Shown in pieces: positions 1 to 11,600 of a stretch of DNA of 64,000 bases. This stretch comes from Leucoraja erinacea (taxonomy: Eukaryota). The stretch lies in contig NC_073395.1 of NCBI RefSeq assembly GCF_028641065.1, forward strand, positions 18,042,001-18,106,000, given 5' to 3'. Every line of letters begins with the position of its first letter. Position 1 is the first letter of the stretch. A model generated the notes under the pieces. That model did no database searches and was not told where the DNA came from. It worked only from the letters and a program-made list of their open reading frames with translations. Both the position numbers and the translations under genes were made by a program.

Positions 1-957
1 GGACACAGAGCTGTAGCCAACAGTGCAGCAAGGGAGGACCAGTCTGGCACGGTTGTATGGCACTCATTCACATGGCCCAGGTCATTGGGGCAGTGATGTT
101 AAAGGGCACCTATGATTCACACCCGTGTGAATGCTATAGGTTTGGGTGGAAGTTGCACTCAGCTCCTGTATTCTACCTGTCCCAACCACTAAAGAATAAT
201 ATTACCCGATGGTCTGCTCTTAGTTTTGGATGAAGTCATGAGAAAAGCACAGGGAGAAAGCTGCATCAATGAGGACTCAAAACATCCTGCTGTAATTCAC
301 AATCAAATGCTTTCTTCAGACTTTCACAGTTGTTTTGGGCCAATTTTAAGCATTACAAGTTTCTACAAATGGTGGTCAAAAAGTGACGTGATGTGGTTGG
401 CAGAGGAGGTAGTTGAGGCAGGTACTATAATGATTTAAAATACATTTATGTGGACAGGTACATGGACAGGAAAGGTTTCAAGGATATGGGCCAAACGTGG
501 GGAAATGGGACTAGTTCAAATCAACACCTTGCTCGGCATGGATGAGTTGGTGAAGGGCTTGTATTACTCTATTTATGAACATAGAACAGTAGAGCACAGG
601 AACAGGACCTCGGCCCACAATGTTTGTGTTGAACATGATGACATGATTTAGGTAGCTATGGAGATGGATCCCATATTTTGTTAATAAATTAATAAAATAA
701 TTTAAAAATAAGTTCCTTTGTTTACAGTAAGATGCACAAAGGCTTCCTGCCTAAAGTGGGCATTTGAAAGCAGAGATGGGAGAGTCCAAGGGAGCAGCAG
801 ACCGGTGCTGGTGAACTTCAAGGTGATGGAGGGATGGGACAGCAGATTGGAATTGCAAACATGAAGCACCAACAGACCAAAGGGAAAATGTGCTTCTTCA
901 AAGATTGAAGAGGGCCATTTATAAAATTGAAACAAAATGCCTAGCATTATATCTCAC

Positions 958-3900
958 TTGTCGAACGAGCCAGAGAGAAGTGTCTGTGCTTCAAACGGAT
1001 GCCAGTGGAGAGTCTGCACCTGAAACAAGAACAAATGGGAAAGGATTCACAACAAAACTGGGGAATGGACAGGGCAATTCTGAGAAGGTCGGTGAGAGTC
1101 AGAGAAAAGGCAGTCATGTTGCATTCTGTCACAAATAGAGCTAGTGGGTTACTCCCACCTGCCTGTCCTTAGTTCGGGGCTCCAAGTGCTTATTCAGGTA
1201 CTTTCTACAAAAAGCGAGGAGAGCCGCCTGCATCATGCAGTCTCTCTGGGTGTAGTTCTTCTCCCCAGCTCATGTCCATGGTTATTGAGCACTCTGCTAA
1301 AGTGAATAGGTCCGTCATGTTCACCATGTCTAGACCTCTCATAACTTTATACACCTCAATTCAATCTCTCCTCAGTCTCCCTCACGCCGAAGAAACTCTC
1401 CAGCAACAGCATACTCCTCTCAGAATGCTGCTGGTCGTCACAAAAAAAAAAATTAACAAATAAATTCTTTCAAACGTTGAACTGAAATGGGGGAAACAAA
1501 GTCTGAAAATCACACCAAAGGAGTTATAAAGAAAAGGTCTGACTATTTGACAAGTTTGCTCCTTCTAAAATGTCTCTGAAATTTGACCCTTGCTAGCTGG
1601 TCTCTAGACTTTAGAGATATATCGCGGAAACAGGCCCTTTGATCCGACCAGCGATCACCCCGTACACTAATACTATCCTACACACTAAGGACAATTTGCC
1701 ATTTTTACCAAAGCCAAGTAACCTACGAAATTGTACTTTGGAGTGTGGGAGGAAATTGGAGCACCTAGAGAGAGCCCATGTGGCCACGGGGAGAACGTAC
1801 AAATTCCGTACAGGCAGCACCCAGATGATCGAATCCGTGTCTCTGATGCTGTAAGGCAGAAACTCTACCGCTGCAATACTATGCCGCCCTAAAAACCCAC
1901 AACAAAGATGGACCCAAGCAGGTTCCCTCTCTGCATTAATGTTCCTGGAACTATGGACATGCATTTGTTAGCCACAGCCACTAATGAGCCCTGGGCAGTT
2001 CTTTCTCTCAAGCCAAGAGATACCCAGGCCAATTTCCAGTGGGCCGAATGGCCTGTTTCTGAGCTGCAGATCTCCAACACCCACGCTCCTGCTGTCCAAA
2101 TATACTGCACTGGAAGGCCTGGAACAATGATAAAACAAGCAATGGTTGTTGCAGCAAACATAATAGAAAGCAAGAAATAACAGGAAGCAAGCAGATAATT
2201 GAAGGCCCATCTGAGCACATAGTAATCAGGGTAATTAGAGGCTATGCTGTCTGATACACAGTAGACACCGATTGTCCGATAATGAGGATCGCACGTGGGC
2301 TAAAACTGATGCTATTCCGGAAAAGAGATAATCGGCATAGTTGTGGATTATCTGACGTGATTCAACTCATCTGCTCACCACCTGATCTGTTTCTAATTAT
2401 GAGAGAAGCAGCTGACATGATGGTGTGAACAGGCCCCTCCTGTACTGTAAACCCTAACGATTCCATGATACTAAAATCCTCAGTGACCCCAGAAGAGAAC
2501 TGAAAAGTTCATTCTAAAACAGCCCAGTTAAGGCCAGCGAATGCACCCTCTCCCCACTAATTGTCTATTCCCTCCATTTGATGCATATCCCCACACACCC
2601 ACAGACTCCACTACCTGGAATAAACTTCTTCACTGCGCAAATCACTGGACCATAAGTTCCCTTCTACAGTAAGAAGCCTTCCTCCTCACTACAGGGCAAG
2701 ACTGGTCCTTCATTATGAGTGGCCAGGGTGCTAATGGTCCTTGATTATGTTTGCTGGGAGAGGGAAGATAAGAGAGTGATGGGGGTGAGACTGGTCCTTG
2801 ATCATGCACTGCTTGATATAAAAACACAACTTTGAATGATTTATACAAATATGAATATTAGGAACACAAGGTTAGCCATGCCCCTCAAACTTCTCCTAAG
2901 AAAACGTACACTGGCAGTATTTAACCCTTCTTTCTCCCTCTGCCCTAAAAATATTCAAAGATTCTCTCTCGCTGTCTATTTGCGGGAAATAATTCCAAGC
3001 TCACAACTCTCAGTGAAAACAATTTGCTTCATTTCTTCTCAAATGGGTGACCCCTTATTTTTAAACAGTGGCCCCAAACTAGATCCCCCCCCCCCCCACA
3101 TGAGGAAATGGAAATATTCTCTCCAGTCACCCTCTCGTGATCTTATGTATTGCAATTGGTACCTTTCACTCGTAAATATAAAGGAAAAATCTACAGGTGC
3201 AGGAAGTCTGAAATAAAAACTGAAAATGCTCACTCAGCAGGTCATGCAGCATCTCTGGAAAGAGAAACAGAGTTAACATTTCAGGTTAAAAGCCTTGGGA
3301 TGGAACTGGGAAAGAGATAAAACAGGTTAGTTTTTAGTAGGAGAGAAGACGGGGTGAAATGGGAGAGTCTGGCACACTGACTCCATGTATACCACTTCCG
3401 CTGGTTCCCCTTCCACTATTTGGCTATCAAAACACTTGTCTGACATGGTTTCTCATTGAATTTGGGGCCCAGTGTCCCAAGATTGTGCTCAGCACTGAGG
3501 ATGCAGTCAGCATGTACAGAGAGCACCTTTTAGCATCTGTACTTAATAGATCCAATTTCGGGCACTCGCTGAGATGTGTGTGTGACCCGCAGTCCCTCCC
3601 ACTAAGATTCACCCCACACTTCATGCACAGGGTGCTGTGGACCCGGCTCCCTGCACATTCTCAAAGGAGCTCTTCGAAGATAGACACAAAGTGTTGAAGT
3701 GACTCAGCGGGTCAGGCAGCATCTAGTTAACAATCTTGTTGTGCAAAGCCCCTTGGGCAACAGTGACCATAATACGGTGGAATTTGGCATTAAGATGGAG
3801 AGTGACACGGTTAATTCAGAGTCGAGGGTCCTGAACTTAAAGTTGACTTTGATGTTATGCGATGGGAATTAGCTAGGAGAGACTGGTAAATGACACTTAA

Positions 3901-6900
3901 AGGATTGACAATGGATAAGTAATGACAAAGATTTAAAGATCGTATGGATGAATTACAACAATTGTTCATCCCTGTCTGGCGTAAAAATAAAACGGGGAAT
4001 GCGGCTCAACCGTGGCTAATGAGGGAAATTAGGGATAGTGTTAAATCCAAGGAAGAGGCATATAAATCGGCCAGAGGAAGCAGCAAAGAAGAGGACAGGT
4101 AGAAATTTAGAATTCAAGAGGACAAAAGGGTTAATTAAGAAGTGGGAAATAGAGCATGAAAGAAAGCTTGCGGGGAATATAAAAACTGACTGTAAAGGCT
4201 TCTTTAGATATGTGAAGAGGAAAAGATTAGTGAAGGCAAATGTAGGTCCCCACAGTCAGACACGGGTGAATCAGAAACAGATAACAATCAGCACGGGAGC
4301 ACCTCAGGCTGCGTGCTCGGCCCCCTGCTTTACTCACTCTATACTCATGACTGCGTAGCCGGACATAGTGCTAACTCCATCATCAAGTTCGCCAACGACA
4401 CTACGGTTATGGGACGAATCACTGATGGTGACGAGTCAGAGTATAGAAATGAGACCGACCGATTGACCAAATAGTGCCAGCACAATAACCTGGCTCTCAA
4501 CACCAGCAAAACCAAGGAACTGTTTGTGCACTTTGGAAGGGGTAGGATAGGGACCCACAATCCTGTTTATATCAACGGGACTATGGTGGAAAGGGTCAAG
4601 AACTTCAAATTCCTGGGCGTGTATATTTCTGAGGATCTTTCCTGGTCCCAGCACACTGATGCAATTATAAAGAAAGCACATCAGCGCCTCTACTTCCTGA
4701 GAAGATTACGGAGAGTCGGTATGTTAAAGAGGACTCTCTCGAACTTCTACAGGTGCACAGTAGAGAGCATGCTGACTGGTTGCATCGTGGTTTGGTTCGG
4801 CAACTCGAGCGTCCAGGAGCGGAAAATATTGCAGAAAGTTCTGACCACTGCCCAATCCATCATCGGCTCTGATCTCCCCACCATGGAAGGGATCTATCGC
4901 AGTCGCTGCCTCAAAAAGGCTGCCAGCATCATCAAGGACCCACACTATCCTGGCCACACACTCATCTCTCCGCTGCCACAGGAGCCTGAAATCTGGTACA
5001 TCCAGGTTCATGAACAGCTTCTTCCCCACAGCCATCGGGCTATTAAACTCGCCATCAAACAAACTATGAACTATAACAGCCTATTGCACTTTATCTGTTT
5101 ATTTATGTGTATATATATGGTCTTTGCTATATAGACGCACTGAACTGTTCTGTATTTATGCTTACTATATTATGTTGTTCTGCAGCAAGCAAGAATTTCA
5201 TTGTCCTATCTGGGACACATAACAATAAACTCTCTTGACTTGACTAATGGGAAACAAGGTAAAGGCAGACCAGTTAAACAAGTACTTTGGTTCTGTCTTT
5301 ATGGAAGACACGAACAATCTCCCAGATATACTAGGGGACTGAGCATCTAGTGGGAGGGAGGAACTGAAGGGGATCCACATTAGTCAGGAAATGGTGTTAG
5401 GTAAACTGTTGGGACTATAGGTAAATAAATCCCCAGGTCACTGATGGTCTGCATCACAAAATACTCAAGGTGGTGGCCCTAGAAATCGTGGATGCATTGG
5501 TAATTATTTTCCAATGTTCTTTTGACTCTGGATCAGTTCCTGTCGACCAGCTAATGTAACTCCACTTTTTAAGAAGGAGGGAGATAGAAAACGGGGAACT
5601 TTAGATCAGTTAGCCTTACATTGGTAATGAGGAAGATGTTTGAGTTGATTGTTAAAGATGTTATAGCAGCACATTTGGAAGGCAGTGACAGGATCGGTCA
5701 AAGCCAGCATGGATTTATGATAGGGAAATCAAGCTTGACTAATCTTCTGGAATTTTTTGAGGATGTAAAAAGTAGAATGGATAAGGGAGAGCCAGTGGAT
5801 GTTGTGTACCTGGACTTTCAAATAGCCTTTGACAAGGTCCCACAAAAGAAACTAGAGTGTAAAATTAGAGCACATGGTATTGGGGATAGGGTATTGACAT
5901 GGATAGAGAACTAGTTGGCAGACAGGAAGCAAAGAGTAGGAATTAACGGGTCAGTTTCAGAATGGCAGGCAGTGACCAGTGATGTGCCACAAGGCTCAGT
6001 GCTGGAACCCCAGTTATTTACAATATATATTAACGATTTAGATGAAGTAATTAAATGTGAGTTTGCGGATGACACAAAGCTAGATGGCAGTGTGAGCTGC
6101 GAGGAGAATGTTATGAGGCTGCAGGATGATTTGGATATGTTGGGTGAGTGGGCAGATGCATGGCAGATGCAGCCTAATGTGGATAAGGCAGATTATTATT
6201 TGAATGGTGTCGGATTAGGAAAAGGGGAGGTGCAATGAGACCTGGGTGTCCTTGTACATCAGTCACTGAAAATAAGCATGCAGGCACAGCAGGCAGTAAA
6301 GAAAGCAAATGGCATGTTGGCCTTCATGGCAAGAGTATTTGAGTATAGGATCAAGGAGGTCCTACTGCAGTTGTACAGGGCGCTGGTGAGACCACAACTG
6401 GAGTATTGTGTGCAGTTTTGATCTCCTAATTTGAGGAAGGACATTCATGCTAGTGAGGGAGTGCAGAGTAGGTTCACCAAGTTAATTCCTGGGATGGCGG
6501 GACTGACATATGATGAAAGAATCGGTCAACTGGGTTTATGTTCACTGGAATTTAGAAGGATGAGAGGGAATTTTATAGAAACATATAACATTCTTAAGGG
6601 ATTGCACCAACGGGAAAAATGGTCCCCATGTTGGGGGAGTCTAGAACCAGGGACCACAGTTTAAGAATAGGCCATTGAGGACTGAAATGAGGAAAAACCT
6701 TTTCACCCAGAGAGTTGTGAATCTGTAGAATTCCACAGAAGGCAGTGAAGGCCAATTCACTGGATGCTTTCAAGAGAGTTAGATATGGCTCTTAGAGCTA
6801 ACGGAATCAAGGAATATGTGGAAAAAGCAGAAATTGGGTACTGATTTTGGATTATCAGCCATGATCTTATTGCATGGCGGTCCTGGCTCAAAGGGCCGAA

Positions 6901-8613
6901 TGGCCTACTCCTGCACCTATTTTCTATGTTTCTATCTCTGGTGAAAAGGAATAGGTGATGTTTCGGGCCAGAACCCTTCATCCGACACTCTTCCCTGCCC
7001 AAGACAGAATTCATGGGTGCTGATTAATTTCTAAACTCAATTCATAAAAGGTCTTATTAATCCACAGGATGTAGGTCTCATTAATCCACAGGCAGTATTT
7101 AGTTCAGCACAGTTAAATGAACACATGATGGGTTACAGCTGTTCAGTTACTGCCATCATGCTCCGCTCTGTGGGAAACAGCAGCCACATTTGGTGTAGCT
7201 TCACTGAGCAGGTCTGAGTGTTCAGATCCATTGAAACCCAAGTATTCACAGAATTAGTAGGTGGTCTGGCCAGAGTCGGAGGACAAATTATATCCTGGCA
7301 GACAAGGACCGGTAATTTCTCTCATCAGGGATCAGAGCTCAAGGGCCGTGTTTGGAAGTAATCGCTTCAGAGGTCAGTTTAAATTGTCCACTGTTCCAGG
7401 ACAACGGAAACGAGACATCAGATAAACATTCCCAGGCAGGACAATGGAGTCAGAGAGATGAGTAGCCACATTGGAACCTTCCGTCAGCTTCATTAGCATC
7501 GACTTCACACGGCCACTTCGTCACATCGTCTGAACAACTCTGTGGCAGTGGTAGAGTTGCTGCCTTACAGAGCCAGAGAACCGGGTTCAATCCTAACTAC
7601 GGGTGCTGGCTGTATAGAGTTTGTACTTTTTCCCCGTGATCTGCGTGGGTTTTTTCCGGGATATCCAGTTTCCTCCCATACTCCAAAGACGTAAAGTTTG
7701 TAAGTTAATTGTAAATTGTCCCATGTGTGTGTAGGATAGCGTTAGTGTGCGGGGATCGCTGGTCGGCGCAGACTCGGATGGGCCAAGGGGTTTGTTTCTG
7801 AGCTGTATCTCTAAACTAAACAAGTCGACTGACATACACAAAATTGCTTCCTATTCACAGAGAGCTTGGCATTCCACAGCCCGAGTCCAGCTCAGTCATA
7901 CTCCTCACACTAGTAGAATCCTCACACCGGCATCAGAAACACTAAAAATATTGTCTTATTAAAGCAAGGTAGCGTGCAAGTTTGTATCTTTCCATCATAG
8001 TTAGTCTAGAGATGGAATGTATTGCCATTTCTGCAGGGACAGTGAAAAGCTGCTGGAATGCAGTCATTCGGATGGATGGATGGAAGCAGCGCTTCCAGCA
8101 ATTTAGTTTGCTGATCCCATTCTTAATGGTACAGGGCACCTTTTATTCATCATTCAAAAACATGACTAAATGAACAAGTACAGCCTGTGACTTACAGGAG
8201 GAACACACAAACTCACTCACTCCCCTCCAGCCCATTCCTGCAGCAACTTCATTCCGATCTGTTCTCTAATAATTCAGCATCTATCACCACAGCCTGCAGA
8301 TCACTATCCTGCTGATGCCTCCTGTAAGTACTGCTTGTTTACTTTGTATATAAATATAGCAGGAATTATATTTGATTGCTTACTTGAGAGCTACAATTGG
8401 CACTGGTTTGCTAACGTCTGCAACATGGAGCCACAGCTTTGCAGAATGTGCAGCACCACTGGTTTCAAGTAATTGAGGAAGTGGTTTGGGGTGATGAGTG
8501 AAGGAAGGGGAGCTATTTATCGGACATTAAAGGACTTGCATGACATTTAAGTTTAAATCAGACTGGCCTGTTCTATAATTATTCAGCATGACCGATTTTT
8601 CATTGGAACTGCT

Positions 8614-8654
<41 letters not shown>

Positions 8655-11600
8655 AGGGGAGGGATGGGGGGGGGGGGGAGAACATGTGCCCACAGTAGGA
8701 AACAGAGCTCTACTGAGACTGTATTTAGTGACAAGCCAATGAATCCGAGGGGCATGGTCCCTGGGGAGAGACCCCGTGGGAGCCAGGCACTAAGCTCAAC
8801 TTTACGGCGGCAGAATAAAGTGATCCCAAAGATTTCCTCCCCCAATAACAAATTCCTTCTAATTTCAGCCACATGGATCAGCCATTCCCATCTCTCTACT
8901 TCAGCATCAGTGCAAGATTAAAACTGTGTATGAGAGGCATGGTTTACAGAAGTAGCTGAAATAATTCTAAAACAACAGCTTAGATTTCTAGAAAAGAATT
9001 TCATTTCACATGTTCTATCAGAACACCCAGCAACAGAGATCTGGTTATTGTGGATATTGCAGAAGGAAGTTCCGAGGCGAGCGGGTAATAATGAGATTGT
9101 TTCTAGATGAGAGGCTTTGGCAAGTGGGGTGCCAAAGGGATCAGAGTTGTTGCCACAGCTGTTTCCTGGTCTACATCAATGATTGGGATGAGAAGCCTGT
9201 GTAACATATCCAGGTTTTTCAACGACACAAACCCAGGATGCAGTGTGATTGTGAAACGTTTGTGAGGTTATAGATCGGCAAAGTGAATGGGTAGCACCCA
9301 CAGTAGATGGAATATAATGCAGACAAATGTGAGGCCATTCACTTTGGTAAGGGGGTGGGAAATTGCAACCTTCACGTGGTCCACCCTGTTTCGACTAATG
9401 CAATCAACCCGACGTGCACAGACAAAGAGATCAAATAGAACAAGTTGACCTACAACGTTAGGCTGTGCACGCCATACACAAGAAGACGACTTTGGTAAAA
9501 GAGAAAAACCAGGGCCGCACTTTTAAATGGTGAGAGACTGAATGTGGTGTTCCGAGTAACTAAGTAACCTTGAGCTGTGTGCATATCAAGCAATTTGGAG
9601 AGTAAACTGAACATTGGCTTAGAGATAGACATAAAACGATGGAGTAACTCAGTGGGTCAGGCATCTCTGGAGAAAAGGGAAAGGTGACATTTTGGGTGGA
9701 AACCCTTCTTCATACATATTGGCTTTCACTGCAAGAAGATTCAACCAATAGAGTAAAGATGTCTGACATCAAATACATGGGTGTGTGCTGGGATCACGCC
9801 TGCAGCACGGTGTACAGGTCTGGTCTTCCTGGCAGAGAGAGGAGAAACCTGGGGTAGAGGAGATTCAGTAGATCATTTCCTGGGGCGGGGGATTTGTCCT
9901 ACCCAGAACACAGAAAGCAGCCTGGGCTGCATTTCTAGAATGTAGAGGAATGAGAGTCGACCTTATTGAAACATTCAAAATTCTTAGGGGAATTGGCAGG
10001 GACTTTTTTTCCCTAGCTGAATGAATGTATGAATGTATGAATGAATGAATGAATGAATACATTTATTGGCCAAGTATTCACAATGAAGGAATTTGCCTTG
10101 GTGCTCCGCCTTCAAGTGACGACATGACATACAGTAACAGTTAGGAATGACACATTAATAATAATAATAAAACATTATCGATTAAAGTATGGGCTTGGTA
10201 TTAAAGTAAGGGAGTGGTCATTTGGGACTGAAATTAGTAGAAATTTGTTAGCGTGGAAGGGAATCTTTGGGATCAATTACTGAGGGCACAGGATGCTCTA
10301 TCACCGAGGATATTCAAGGCAGAGCTCGCCAGACTTTTAGACATTTGGACAGATAGATACATGGATAAGGAATAGCTCAGAGGGATATGGGCCAAGTGCA
10401 GACAAATGGGTCCAGCTAAGATGGGGCGTTGGGGTCAGCTTGAACGGGTTGGGATGAAGGGCCTGCCTTCATGCAGTATGCCTCTATTAAGGGAATAGAG
10501 AGAGGAATGAGTTAGTGGATGGTTGAAACGAGCGTGAGCGGTGAAGAGAGTGTTTGCTTCTGTTTCAGTTGTCAACTGGAGCCGTTTTCTCTCCTCAGGG
10601 TGAAATGGCCACTCTGGCAGACGTGCTGGTCACGCTGCTGCTGACCTCCCTCCCCCCGCGGGTCGCATCGGTCACTGGTCTGAATGACCGATCAGCATTC
10701 TCGGCCACCAGGACCAGCAGCATGTTGGGGGGTCTGCAGAGAGCGGTCACCTTCGACAAGCTCTTGGTTAACATTGGACACGACTTCCACCCGGACACAG
10801 GCAGGCTCGTGTGCAGGATTCCCGGGGCTTACTATTTTGCCTTCACAGTTGGAAAGTATCCCAAGAAGATGCTGTCGGTCATGTTGATGAAGAACAGCCA
10901 CGAGGTACAGGCGATAGCATTCAGTGACCACAGGCGCAAGGACCGCAAGGTGCAGAGCCAGAGCCTGATGCTACCACTGAGTGTGGGTGACTATATCTGG
11001 CTGCTCCTGTCAAGCAGCCCCAAGTACGCGCTGTACAGCAACATGGGGCCATACACCACCTTCACCGGCTACCTGGTCTACACAGAGCAGCTGTCCCAGG
11101 GGCTGACCAATAGCCTGCCCCCTGTCCCCATCGCCTCCTGCTGTTGCCCCTCCACTCCGCAGCATCATCATGGCTACCGGTCGGCATTCTCAGTGGCTAG
11201 AACGAGCTCTCTGCTGGGGCAGAGCACAGGGGATTTGCAGCAAGAAGCCGTCACCTTTCACACCGAATACATCAACATGGGCAGGCACTTCAACAAGCAG
11301 AAGGGGATCTTCACCTGCCACATCCCTGGAGCTTACTACTTTTCTTTCAATGTCGGAAAGCATCCCTTTAAGGCCATTTCTGTGAAACTGATGAAGAACC
11401 AGAGTGAGGTGCAGGCCATGATCTTCGACGAGGACGATTCAGAGCGGAGGGAGATGCAGAGCCAGAGTGTGATGTTACTCCTGGCAATGGGCGACAGAGT
11501 GTGGCTGCACAGTCAGCAGCATCAGCGCTTTGCTCTCTATAGCAATCTCGGCAAGTACGTCACCTTCACCGGCTTCCTCGTCTATCCGGACACTGGCTCC

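Noticed and set aside
200-300. Minus-strand LSPCAFL resembling PWP1 exon 11 (FSPCHFL)
   Set aside because: There is no surrounding homology or matching splice sites, and an in-frame stop lies upstream.
7542-7600. tRNA-like A/B boxes
   Set aside because: This is the head of a multi-copy SINE, not a tRNA gene.
10554-10604. 17-aa N-terminal extension of the C1q ORF
   Set aside because: It starts at TTG and crosses a polypyrimidine tract and AG acceptor, so it is intronic.
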